A model generated the notes under the pieces. It was not told the origin of the DNA. It searched no databases and was given only the letters and a program-made list of their open reading frames with translations. Both the position numbers and the translations under genes were made by a program. Below are positions 8,909-17,981 of a stretch of DNA of 64,000 nucleotides, one piece after another. Numbering within the stretch: the stretch's first letter is position 1; each line of letters starts with the position of its first letter. Where the stretch lies: the sequence record MZ622713.1; one strand, written 5' to 3'.

Positions 8909-9658
8909 ATGTCAAATGTTAACAAACGTAAACAAGCTAAACGTAAGGCTCGTCAACGTAACGTACAAGCTAATAAAGTAAAAAACCGTTTGAAAGAAGT
9001 ACAAGAGCGTAAAGATCACGCCCAAGCTGTTTTTGATGAAAACTTCGGTGGACACGAGATGTCTGACGGAATGAAAGTCGATGCCAAGAAAAAGTTCTGG
9101 GAAGTGTTCAGTAAATTACCGGTGCAGTTACAGAAAGAAGCCATCGAGTCATTCGAGAAAAACGGTAACAAAGTAACACCGCTAGACGTGGAAGGCATCA
9201 CCAACTTATTGTGTGAAGGTTTGAATTACTACATTCGTCCTCACGCTTTGGTAGCGACACTACACTCACTAGTTGAGCAAGAAAAGTTAGTGCTTACTCC
9301 TGAGCTACTCCAGAAAATGGATGAGATGGACGCAGCGACTTTGAACTACATCTCTAAAGCGACTGCTGTTCTTTCTCGCTTTGAACTATTGACCGGCATG
9401 ACGGAAGAACAAAAAGCTAAGTTCATGTTGGAAGATGAAGTGCTAAGTGAAGAACTGATTCCTACCATGTCTCTTTACCAACAAGACAAAGATGAGATCA
9501 TTGACGAACTTATCGAACTAGCTAGCCCACATACCGACTTAGTGGATGAAGATGTGAAGTTCGTTGGTGAGGTTCTTGGTCTCGCTAACTTGTACGACGT
9601 TTCTCGTCAAATCCATTTAGAACGCGTTGAAGACCTATTGAAAGTTAAGGGTAAATAA
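8909..9658 (+). CDS. Hypothetical protein with basic N-terminus and acidic helical body
   Basis: AAGGA RBS; begins MSNVNKRKQAKRKARQR. Confidence 0.8.
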   Translation: MSNVNKRKQAKRKARQRNVQANKVKNRLKEVQERKDHAQAVFDENFGGHEMSDGMKVDAKKKFWEVFSKLPVQLQKEAIESFEKNGNKVTPLDVEGITNLLCEGLNYYIRPHALVATLHSLVEQEKLVLTPELLQKMDEMDAATLNYISKATAVLSRFELLTGMTEEQKAKFMLEDEVLSEELIPTMSLYQQDKDEIIDELIELASPHTDLVDEDVKFVGEVLGLANLYDVSRQIHLERVEDLLKVKGK

Positions 9659-9659
9659 G

Positions 9660-11276
9660 ATGACTGAAGAGTCAAAAGAAATCAAACGCCCTGTGTTGCG
9701 TGAAACACACACAGAAGAAAACACCACCATGAAAGAATCGACTCAACCGGTTCTTCCTAAGAAAGTTGAAGATAAAGGTGTTGAAGCATCACTCAACATT
9801 TTGCTAGGGACTAAGAAAAACAACTTCGTTCCTACCATGACCATGGCGATGGCTTGGGCTCGTTACCAGACCGCCCTAGTGGAAGGTAAAGCAACCAAAG
9901 CAGAGATCACTCGTTACAAGAAACAATACGAAGATCAAGCTAAAGAGCTACACCCTGATAAGACGGACGAAGAACTAGAGACTATGTTGTCTCACTTCTT
10001 AAGCTTCCATCACAACCTAGTGGAGCTGCCGTACTTCCGTAACCCGGCTATGCAATCCCGTAATTGGGAGAACACTTGCACCATCGCTGATAATCATTGT
10101 GAAAGTGATATCGTTGCTCGTTTCCCGGGTGCTAAGAATGAAGCAGTAGCGTTAAGTGAGCGCATGCAACGTTCGTCACAACGTAAGAGTCGCACACCTA
10201 ACGGTTACGACGTATTAATGCGTGACTCGTTTATTCAGGTTCGTGTTGAACCTAGTAACATGATCGAACTCGGTAACTTGATCGACAAAATCAACAAACA
10301 CATTCATGGTTATGTGACTACCTTTAACGGTAACTCTATGACCTTGATTCGTGCTTCGATTTATCGTGAGTTTTGGAACTACATCTCTGAAAAGATCATC
10401 TCGCATTCAGTTACTGATATCGACGAACCTCGTGACCTGACTCGTTTGGTTAAGCTGTCCGACATCCGTGCTTTGTTCATTGAGATGATGACCGAGCTAG
10501 CTGAAGATGGTGTTCCTGTTCAACTTTACTGTAACCAGAACGGTTGTAACTGGGTTGAGTTAGTCAAAGCTGACCCGATGCACATGTTGTGGCATGACAA
10601 GTCTTTGTTGACAGGTGAACAAGCGGCGGCTCTAGGTAACCTTAAGAACTTTGCTCAGCGTTACACAGCGGAACAAGTTCTAGAGTTGCAAGATCAGTCT
10701 AAGTTCGTAGAAGACGATTTCGTGATGTTCCATAACGACACACACCGTCTTCGCTTTAGCCAGCCAACGTTGTCTGAGTACTTCTGTGCATTCGATGTTT
10801 TCACTAGCTATGTGGAACCGTCTATCCGTGAAATCCGCACAGAGACTCTAAACGACAAAGACTACGATCAAAAACTGTCCGTGCTTATTGACACAGTTCG
10901 TGGTCTTGAATACATGCACTGGTGTTCTGAACTTACCATCTTCCCAGAAGCAGGTTCTGATGATGAACCAGAAGTGTTTACTCGTCGTGAGGACCCAATC
11001 GGTTTCTTCAATGGCATCTTACCTATCATTGATAACTCGAATGAAGCAACCAGCAAAATCATTCACTGGTGTGTGGAAAATGGCCCGGGTATGAGCTTCA
11101 CGGTAGTTGGTATGAGTAACGCGGCATGTCCTCAATGTGGTAAAGAAACACACGGTGGTCATACTGCACACGGCATTACTCCAATCGACCCGTTCATGAG
11201 TTTTTTCATCCTGACCCGCCAAACGATTTCCGATCGCGCGGTGAAACGAGGAATTCTTGTTCCGAACACCCTTTAA
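9660..11276 (+). CDS. Putative tail/baseplate assembly chaperone with Cys pairs (G-like product)
   Basis: YCNQNGC and ACPQCG motifs, then PIDPFMSFF near the C-terminus. This pattern recalls myophage baseplate-hub/tail chaperones; the function is inferred. Confidence 0.55.
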   Translation: MTEESKEIKRPVLRETHTEENTTMKESTQPVLPKKVEDKGVEASLNILLGTKKNNFVPTMTMAMAWARYQTALVEGKATKAEITRYKKQYEDQAKELHPDKTDEELETMLSHFLSFHHNLVELPYFRNPAMQSRNWENTCTIADNHCESDIVARFPGAKNEAVALSERMQRSSQRKSRTPNGYDVLMRDSFIQVRVEPSNMIELGNLIDKINKHIHGYVTTFNGNSMTLIRASIYREFWNYISEKIISHSVTDIDEPRDLTRLVKLSDIRALFIEMMTELAEDGVPVQLYCNQNGCNWVELVKADPMHMLWHDKSLLTGEQAAALGNLKNFAQRYTAEQVLELQDQSKFVEDDFVMFHNDTHRLRFSQPTLSEYFCAFDVFTSYVEPSIREIRTETLNDKDYDQKLSVLIDTVRGLEYMHWCSELTIFPEAGSDDEPEVFTRREDPIGFFNGILPIIDNSNEATSKIIHWCVENGPGMSFTVVGMSNAACPQCGKETHGGHTAHGITPIDPFMSFFILTRQTISDRAVKRGILVPNTL

Positions 11277-11728
11277 GTCCCGGGACCTTAACTGGCAACT
11301 TATACCACAAGTATCGAGAGAAAATTCAAGCTCTTGATGCCGACGGTGTTACCGATGTACAACATCAAACTATCGCGTTGATGTTGTACCGTGCTGGTTA
11401 TGGTCAACTCGGGTATTCCCCTAACCCGGGGGATGACATTAAAATGCATGACGACACCTATGAGTATGAACATCACTGGTCTATTCAAAACAGGGCAAAG
11501 ACTTATGCGTTTTATGAATTAAAGGAAATCTTCGGAGACATTAATAACTATCTTAAGCTTTCACCTAAGGTGGCTTCTGAGATAGTTAAAGGTGTCCGTA
11601 AAGGTGCTGAACAGCTCCATGAGCTGCGTAAGCGTCAAGACTCTAATCGTCCTAAGTCTTCAGAGCAACACGACTTAGAACGTCAACTAGAAGAACTCAG
11701 CCGCCTAAATCCATCCAGCGGGTCATAA
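11201..11728 (+). CDS. Downstream ORF probably reached by -1 frameshift (GT/E'-like extension)
   Basis: The -1 frame is open from 11144 to 11728. There is no Shine-Dalgarno before the first TTG/ATG (11378/11381). Slippery T TTT TTC at 11201-11207 is in the correct register. Confidence 0.6.
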   Translation, partial: FFHPDPPNDFRSRGETRNSCSEHPLSPGTLTGNLYHKYREKIQALDADGVTDVQHQTIALMLYRAGYGQLGYSPNPGDDIKMHDDTYEYEHHWSIQNRAKTYAFYELKEIFGDINNYLKLSPKVASEIVKGVRKGAEQLHELRKRQDSNRPKSSEQHDLERQLEELSRLNPSSGS

Positions 11729-11732
11729 CGAT

Positions 11733-11764
11733 AATACCTGCCCGTTGAGGGTAGGTATTATTTT
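11733..11764 (+). terminator. Rho-independent terminator
   Basis: AATACCTGCCC-gttga-GGGTAGGTATT followed by ATTTT. Confidence 0.75.
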
Positions 11765-11804
11765 CACAATTCTATGCTAATCGAAACCAATGTAAGGAAT
11801 AGTC

Positions 11805-12365
11805 ATGGCAAGCAAATACGTACCGCCTGCGGAAGAACCAATCTTTGAGCAAGTGGAAACCAAAGAACCGGTAGCTGAACCGGAAGAAGTGAAAGCAACT
11901 GAATCTGAAAAGTTCGGTTCGGTAGAAGAACCTGCGGCTAAAATCTTGCTGGAGAAAGTGGACAAGTTCATTAACCTCCTAGCTGGTCGTCGTAACGTCG
12001 CTTCTGAGAAATACGGTGAAGAACAACTTCACTTCATGCAAGCTCTAGACGAAACACTGAAGCAAGACTACGGTGTGTTCACGACCGTTATGGATTACAT
12101 GGTTAACTCTGTACGTCGTGAAACTAAAGCTTTCTCAATGGACCGTCTATTCGTTCATATCCATCACGCAGAAGTGAAACGTGCTAAGAACGAACAGTAC
12201 CTACAAAAACATGTTGCGTTACTTTCAGCGATTGTAACCCTAGGTCGCAATCTAAAAGACCGTCAACGTGTTGGTCGTCAGGTTGACATCGTAATGTTAA
12301 CTAAAGGCTACCACCCTAAAGTGGCTATGAACCTTCAGAACTACTTTAACCGTACGTATTCATAA
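11805..12365 (+). CDS. Hypothetical protein with acidic Pro-rich N-terminus; possibly late/virion
   Basis: AAGGA RBS; a TATG-containing motif (ACAATTCTATGC, 11766-11777) lies upstream. Confidence 0.75.
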   Translation: MASKYVPPAEEPIFEQVETKEPVAEPEEVKATESEKFGSVEEPAAKILLEKVDKFINLLAGRRNVASEKYGEEQLHFMQALDETLKQDYGVFTTVMDYMVNSVRRETKAFSMDRLFVHIHHAEVKRAKNEQYLQKHVALLSAIVTLGRNLKDRQRVGRQVDIVMLTKGYHPKVAMNLQNYFNRTYS

Positions 12366-12380
12366 TAACGTCGCTAGGCT

Positions 12381-12414
12381 AAACTCTACCACCCGTTTGG
12401 GTGGTAGAGTTTTA
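12381..12414 (+). terminator. Rho-independent terminator
   Basis: AAACTCTACCACCC-gttt-GGGTGGTAGAGTTT. Confidence 0.75.
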
Positions 12415-12428
12415 TAGTGCAAAATTTA

Positions 12429-12484
12429 ACATACAGATTATTTCAAGTCTATATAGTCTAGGTGTATAAACATAGGTATATACA
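12429..12484 (+). promoter_or_regulatory. Early promoter cassette, copy 1
   Basis: 52 of 56 bases identical to 60932-60987; core TTTCAAGTCTATATAG resembles the phiKZ early TATATTAC element. Confidence 0.75.
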
Positions 12485-12524
12485 AAACCATTTAATTTAA
12501 TTAACCTTTACTAAGGACACTATC

Positions 12525-12869
12525 ATGGAAATTTCAAAAACTAACAAAGCACGCATCGCATCTGGTCTAGCAACAGTAGCAAACGTAGCAATCGCTGAGA
12601 AACTATTTGAATCTCACGGCATTGCAGGTTACCACTTGATCTCAGGTGGTCTACATACAGCTACAGTGAAAGTTAGAGAAGAAGATGAGTTCACTACTAA
12701 AGATGCTGTTGTCTACGGTCTATGTCAAGTAGCTGGCGGTACAGCTGCCTCTGCACTATTCAAAGGCATCGGTAGCTTGTTCAGCAAATCTGAAGAAGAT
12801 GAAGTTGACACTGACGAGATCAACCAAGTGATCACAGAAGTTACTGGATTAGAAAATCCAAACGCATAA
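12525..12869 (+). CDS. Small early protein with Gly/Ala-rich hydrophobic segments and acidic tail
   Basis: Stand-alone gene with its own promoter, AAGGA RBS and terminator; KDAVVYGLCQVAGGTAASALF resembles the 61019 product. Confidence 0.8.
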   Translation: MEISKTNKARIASGLATVANVAIAEKLFESHGIAGYHLISGGLHTATVKVREEDEFTTKDAVVYGLCQVAGGTAASALFKGIGSLFSKSEEDEVDTDEINQVITEVTGLENPNA

Positions 12870-12874
12870 TAATA

Positions 12875-12925
12875 AGTACCTGCATCCCATTGGGATGCAG
12901 GTACTAACTTCTCTTTATTTTTTTG
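12875..12925. terminator. Terminator between convergent genes
   Basis: AGTACCTGCATCCCA-t-TGGGATGCAGGTACT followed by a T-tract. Confidence 0.8.
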
Positions 12926-12926
12926 T

Positions 12927-14684
12927 TTAAGCTGCTTTCGGTAGTGGGATACCAAACTCTTCTTCAAACATATCAGGGAATACTTCGTCCATCTCCTCGT
13001 AACCCGGGAACTGGTGCAGAGTTGCACATAGTGATACCGCGTTAGCTTTAGGTGATGAAGCGTAGTTAACACCAACCTCACGGAATTGAAGTGGAGTCAA
13101 TCCTTGAATAGCACATGCTTCAATGCGAGTGGTTTTATTGGAGATGTTCAAAGCCACGGTTGCCGTTGGGTAAGCACCCTCTACGTCGATGTCATCGGTT
13201 AGACCACGACCACGGGAACGAATGCCCGGCATACCCACAAACACTGCTTTACCATTGTCGGCGTTTTTCTCGGTCTCTAACAGAGCAATCCAATCACCCA
13301 ACGTTGGTTTGTGTTTATCCAATTCGTCTTTCTTACCACCACGACCTTTAGTGCCCCAGATGTAACCATGTTCCTCAGCGATAAAGGATAGTTCGTTAGA
13401 GATACATTTAGGTTGAGATGGGTAATCAAAGAACTCAGTAGACTTCAATAGCAATGGTAGGTTCAGAGCGATATCGTTGGTTTTCTCATCCATCTCTTCA
13501 ATAACTAAGTTATCTGAGATGTTGTACATGCAGTATTCAAACTTAGCGTGTTTCTGCATCCAACGGTGCCAAGCACCTTTACCCTGAGTTAAGTGTGCGC
13601 CTTTGTCCGTGTAGAGCTTACCCTCGATGCCGTTATCTTGAGCAGTGAATTCCAGTGAGTAAGATTCTTTCTTACCTTTAGGAGCGTTCTTAATTGCATA
13701 GAAACTTGCACCGTCCAACCACTGCCATTTAGCTGCTGCTCGAACCGTCGGGTATTGTTCTTGCCATTCTAGCGGTTGAGAGTCACCATTCTCTTTACGT
13801 TTATGAGTACGACCTTTGTCATACTTGTAGTAACGGAATTCACGAGGAATGGATGGGTCCGTGTACACTTCTTCTAAGTCACGACCGCCTGTAATCAAAG
13901 CGTGTTCATTACGCTGCATATCGTACGAGGCGTTCCACGATGAGATGAAGTCAGGTTCCCACATGTGCCAAACTTTAATGTTGTTCTCAACACATTCGGT
14001 TTGACTATCCACCAAGTTATAGTGAACGGTTGCGTTACGGCGTCTTAAACGCTCACCTATTAGTTCTTGTTCAGCTTTATGAAGACCATCTAATATTTCT
14101 TCGTCACTAAGTCCGTCAAAGAAACTACGAACCACAGAGAAGAATATTTTCTCTTTCATGGTAGTAGAAGCCATGATTACGTCTTCACCATCGCCGTTGA
14201 CCATATCGGTCTCAACGTCGTATGCTGCCAACGTAGCTGGTTCGGTTTCTTGGTAGTCAGGGTAGCGTTCGAAATACTTACGTTTAATCAAAACTGGAAC
14301 TGAAGTTTCACACCCAAATACATAAGGGTTGGCTTTTACAGCCATTAAGTCGGCATTGCGGTCATTGATACCAAAAAGGACACGCTTAATGCTCATCGCC
14401 AAACGTGATTGAGTTGAACGATATTTCTTCACTAAGCGTTTGTCGATATAATCTTTCTTCTGTTCAAACTTACGATACTTTTCTTTTACGATGTAGAAGT
14501 CCCTAACGTAGTCAGCAACTTTAAGAAATTGGTTGGTTCGCTCACCACTCTCATGTATGGTCGTTTGTTTGATAAACGTCATATCCTTAAGCGGGTCCCT
14601 TTTAGACGGAACATAAACCGCGTGCTTACACACTTTCCCTTTAACAGGGGATTCGCTTGAAGGCGAGGTGTAACTATAATTCAT
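12927..14684 (-). CDS. Split family-B DNA polymerase, exonuclease/motif-A subunit (phiKZ gp82-like)
   Basis: ExoI AYDVETD, ExoII SWNASYD, ExoIII-like YNISD and motif A DIDVEGAYP; motifs B and C are absent. GAGGA RBS favours the ATG at 14684 over 14699. Confidence 0.85.
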   Translation of the reverse strand: MNYSYTSPSSESPVKGKVCKHAVYVPSKRDPLKDMTFIKQTTIHESGERTNQFLKVADYVRDFYIVKEKYRKFEQKKDYIDKRLVKKYRSTQSRLAMSIKRVLFGINDRNADLMAVKANPYVFGCETSVPVLIKRKYFERYPDYQETEPATLAAYDVETDMVNGDGEDVIMASTTMKEKIFFSVVRSFFDGLSDEEILDGLHKAEQELIGERLRRRNATVHYNLVDSQTECVENNIKVWHMWEPDFISSWNASYDMQRNEHALITGGRDLEEVYTDPSIPREFRYYKYDKGRTHKRKENGDSQPLEWQEQYPTVRAAAKWQWLDGASFYAIKNAPKGKKESYSLEFTAQDNGIEGKLYTDKGAHLTQGKGAWHRWMQKHAKFEYCMYNISDNLVIEEMDEKTNDIALNLPLLLKSTEFFDYPSQPKCISNELSFIAEEHGYIWGTKGRGGKKDELDKHKPTLGDWIALLETEKNADNGKAVFVGMPGIRSRGRGLTDDIDVEGAYPTATVALNISNKTTRIEACAIQGLTPLQFREVGVNYASSPKANAVSLCATLHQFPGYEEMDEVFPDMFEEEFGIPLPKAA

Positions 14685-14766
14685 TTCAGCCTTCCTCATT
14701 TTATGACTGGATTGTATTTAGGTCTAGTATAATGCGCATTGTAGTAAATTTAAAAAGGTAATCCAA

Positions 14767-16095
14767 ATGATCAACAACAAATTCTTAGAGCCGCCACTTC
14801 AAATTGCGGGGTTAGAGTTTATGGATTTCCAATCCCGTGATTTCTTTAATGAAATGGTAGCTTTGTTTGAACCTATGGTGGTAGACGCTCAGTTGAGTGA
14901 GATTCCAATGGGTATTCATGAAGTGATCAAAAAATACACGGGGTTTGAAAACTTCAACTTCAACCTGATTGATTACGGTAACTTAGCAATCGATGCTGGT
15001 TACGTATCACCGGGTAACATCCTTAACTCAAAGGATATCGAGTACTTCCTGCCTAAGTCGCAAACGAACCTGTATCGTTGGTTCACGCAAAACCAAGCTA
15101 GTTTTATGCGTGGTACCATTGATTTTAAAACAGGTAAAGTTGGTGGTGCTTATGCAACCATGCCGTTCGAGATCTACATCAACTACGATCTAACGAGTTT
15201 CATGGCTAAGAAAGATGACCTTAAAATGGTTGAACAGCTTATTGCTTTCATCACCCATGAAATTGGTCACGCTTTCTCTGGCATTTTCTCTATCCACCGT
15301 TTCTTGATGGATTCATATGCCATCACTTCAGCAGTTCATTTCATGAGCGGTGCTGAACACGGTGAAGCAGAAGTTGCGATCTATAAAGATGCTTTGCGTC
15401 TTATGGAGATCGACGAGCGTCAAGTTAAAGACCTCAAGAAAATTGCTGAGTCAGGTGATACGGAATTAATCGTAACTAGCTTGAACAAACTCGCTCAACA
15501 ACGTACTCAGATGAACTCACGTTCATTAGGTGTGGACTTGATGAACTCCGAAGTTCTAGCTGACGTTTACGCTATCCGTATGGGTTGTGATAAGTCGTTG
15601 ATCGAAGGCACCAAAGGTCTTAATGATTCTTTCCTAATGGAATCATTGTTTGGCATCTTGGCGTCAAGTGTTATCATGGCAGTGATGACTGCGTCTGTAA
15701 TCCCAGTTATTGGTGTAGTTGCAGGTGTGTTCTTTTTGTCAACAGCACTATTCTCATTGATGACTTTCAACATCACCATGACCGCAGATATCTACGATAC
15801 TCCGTACCGTCGTATTCTGAACATGCACCAAGAGCAAATTCAACGTCTTAAACAGATGAAGAACCTATCTGACCGTGACCGTCGTCAAATGTTGAAAGAC
15901 CTAGATAACAACTTGAAGATCGTTAAATCAGAAAAACCGTTCTTCGAGGACACTGGTGTTCAACGTATGCTAAACTGGATGTTCAGTGAAGGCACGCCAC
16001 GTTACGATGCTTTGGAACATTACACCAAAATCATGTTGAACAATGAGATGACCATTGTAAGCAACAAAGTACAACTTTTAGGTAAGGGAGTTTAA
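14767..16095 (+). CDS. Putative virion head protein with zincin metallopeptidase motif and transmembrane segments
   Basis: THEIGHA (HExxH) plus EVLAD (ExxxD), a long hydrophobic stretch, and an N-terminal AGLE site; first gene of the head cluster. Confidence 0.65.
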   Translation: MINNKFLEPPLQIAGLEFMDFQSRDFFNEMVALFEPMVVDAQLSEIPMGIHEVIKKYTGFENFNFNLIDYGNLAIDAGYVSPGNILNSKDIEYFLPKSQTNLYRWFTQNQASFMRGTIDFKTGKVGGAYATMPFEIYINYDLTSFMAKKDDLKMVEQLIAFITHEIGHAFSGIFSIHRFLMDSYAITSAVHFMSGAEHGEAEVAIYKDALRLMEIDERQVKDLKKIAESGDTELIVTSLNKLAQQRTQMNSRSLGVDLMNSEVLADVYAIRMGCDKSLIEGTKGLNDSFLMESLFGILASSVIMAVMTASVIPVIGVVAGVFFLSTALFSLMTFNITMTADIYDTPYRRILNMHQEQIQRLKQMKNLSDRDRRQMLKDLDNNLKIVKSEKPFFEDTGVQRMLNWMFSEGTPRYDALEHYTKIMLNNEMTIVSNKVQLLGKGV

Positions 16096-16096
16096 A

Positions 16097-16507
16097 ATGT
16101 CACACCTAAACCATATTCTTGCGCTGAACACAAAGCTTGTAGAGGATGACATCACTGCATGTCCTATCCATCATGCTAAGATTGTTGATTCAGCTGTAAC
16201 CCGTGCAATCATCGCTTACGCTTACATCACTGGCGGTATCGAAGGTCCTGCGCTTACAGAACCTACTCGTGAAGCAATGCACAAAGCAGTTGAAGCGTGG
16301 AATGAAGTTTCCCCTCTCAACTACCGTAAGATTTTCGATGACGTGACCATCATCCTGCAACGTCTTTACAACCAAGCAGCATTCGGTGGTAACTTCCAAC
16401 CAATCAAAGTTGACATTGAAGATCTGGATATCGATCTACTTGACATCCCTGAATTCAAAACTCTGTTCCACGCTCTGTTGACAGAGATCATTGAGTGTAA
16501 CAAATAA
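16097..16507 (+). CDS. Putative virion protein
   Basis: 136-aa ORF with GGAG RBS inside the structural operon. Confidence 0.7.
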   Translation: MSHLNHILALNTKLVEDDITACPIHHAKIVDSAVTRAIIAYAYITGGIEGPALTEPTREAMHKAVEAWNEVSPLNYRKIFDDVTIILQRLYNQAAFGGNFQPIKVDIEDLDIDLLDIPEFKTLFHALLTEIIECNK

Positions 16508-16517
16508 GGAGTGAGTC

Positions 16518-17981
16518 ATGAGCAAAGCTCCTAATTTTGTACCAATGGGAACAGCGACTGGTTCAGGCGTTAAACTTTCTGACGGTGAACAACTTATCGA
16601 CATGGATGAAGTCTATGACGACAAGCACACTGAAGAAGAAACCAAAGCTCTGTCAGAATACCTGCGTACAGGTAAACTAAGCAAGAAAGCTCTGGTACAA
16701 CAAAAAGTTGCAGGCACTGAACGCTTCGAACCAGCATGTACTGAATTAAACGGTATCCTAGGTGGTGAGTCGTTCTTAAAGAACATCGCTAAATCAGCTG
16801 CTGAGTTTATCATTAAAATCATCAGAATGATTGCTGATTCCATCACATGGTTGGTTAACAAGGTACGTAGCATCGCATCGTACTTCAGTGACAACCGTGA
16901 AGTTCAGAAGTCTGAAGAATTGCTTCGCGATATCGAAGACAAACTCATGCAACTGGGTGGTCCTTCCTTTAACCTAGTTAACGTGAAAGAGTTGTTCGAA
17001 GATCGTCCTGCGGTAGCACGTCGCCTTCAAATCGTACGTCTTCTTAAAGCTCGTAACGAAAAGGTTATCGATGCGGTATCACGTCTCAACGACAATGTTC
17101 CTAAGATCAAGAACTTGATCAATGAACTTGGACGTCATGAAGCGGGCGTCAACAAAACCAAGTCTACTTTCCTTAACGGTGTTAAGTACCTTCGTAAACG
17201 TGTTAAAGAAGGTTCGTTGACAATGGAAGATGTGGGTCGTTGGGAAGCTCAGGTTAATGACCTAGTGTCTAATCATCTACAAACCCATAACTTGAAAGCA
17301 GTCTACGTTAAGCTGGCCGCAGCCACCGCCTTAGATAAAGAAGATCAAGAGATTCTTAATGCCGAGCAACAGTTCTCTGATTTCTCCAAGATGATGGCTA
17401 AGACCCAAGAACTTACTAAAGACACCGTAGCGGTAGAAGACTTTGTTCAGATGCAGCAATACGGTGCAAGTCTACGTAAGGTTATCGCAGATGACCCGGG
17501 TGCTTGGGATGTGGTGATTGACTTAGGTGATGCTAAGGAACTACAAGACTTAGTTAACAAGAAAGACTTGGAGTTCTTCCAAGAGATCTCTGACAAACTA
17601 GGTATTGATCGTCCTATCGCCATCTACCGTGAATTCGCGTCTCGTTGTGCTAACTACGTATCGACTATCCGTCAATGTGTGGACACCGCTGTACGTTACG
17701 GTAATGAAGTTCGTTACTTAGCTGAGTGGTCTCAACGCTACGATCTGATCTTAGGTGTTTACTCACTTGAGACAACCAAGCAGCGTAAAAATGCTCGTCA
17801 AGAATACTACGACAAGACTGGTATTCAGCTAGACACAGCTAATCTTAAAGATGTGCCTGAAGACGGCTTGGATGGTAAAGAACGCGCTTGGCGTAATCTG
17901 TACGCACGTTTGTTCCCGGGTCTAAAGAACGACATGAACACGTTGTCTCGTAAACTAAATGCTGGGGTGACCGTAAAATGA
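16518..17981 (+). CDS. Putative internal head protein (phiKZ gp86/SPN3US gp47-like position)
   Basis: Propeptide-like N-terminus with AGTE and GGE|SFLK, followed by an amphipathic helix. Confidence 0.6.
   Translation: MSKAPNFVPMGTATGSGVKLSDGEQLIDMDEVYDDKHTEEETKALSEYLRTGKLSKKALVQQKVAGTERFEPACTELNGILGGESFLKNIAKSAAEFIIKIIRMIADSITWLVNKVRSIASYFSDNREVQKSEELLRDIEDKLMQLGGPSFNLVNVKELFEDRPAVARRLQIVRLLKARNEKVIDAVSRLNDNVPKIKNLINELGRHEAGVNKTKSTFLNGVKYLRKRVKEGSLTMEDVGRWEAQVNDLVSNHLQTHNLKAVYVKLAAATALDKEDQEILNAEQQFSDFSKMMAKTQELTKDTVAVEDFVQMQQYGASLRKVIADDPGAWDVVIDLGDAKELQDLVNKKDLEFFQEISDKLGIDRPIAIYREFASRCANYVSTIRQCVDTAVRYGNEVRYLAEWSQRYDLILGVYSLETTKQRKNARQEYYDKTGIQLDTANLKDVPEDGLDGKERAWRNLYARLFPGLKNDMNTLSRKLNAGVTVK

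Noticed and set aside
11268-11337. RF2-like CTT TAA +1 frameshift at the stop of the 9660 gene, next to the near-palindrome TTAAGTCCCGGGACCTTAA
   Set aside because: The +1 frame stops after about 20 codons and does not reach the downstream ORF. The -1 slip at 11201-11207 explains the layout better.
11378-11728. Independent start of the downstream ORF at TTG/ATG 11378/11381
   Set aside because: No Shine-Dalgarno-like sequence precedes it, and protein-like coding continues well upstream in the same frame. This is disfavoured but not excluded.
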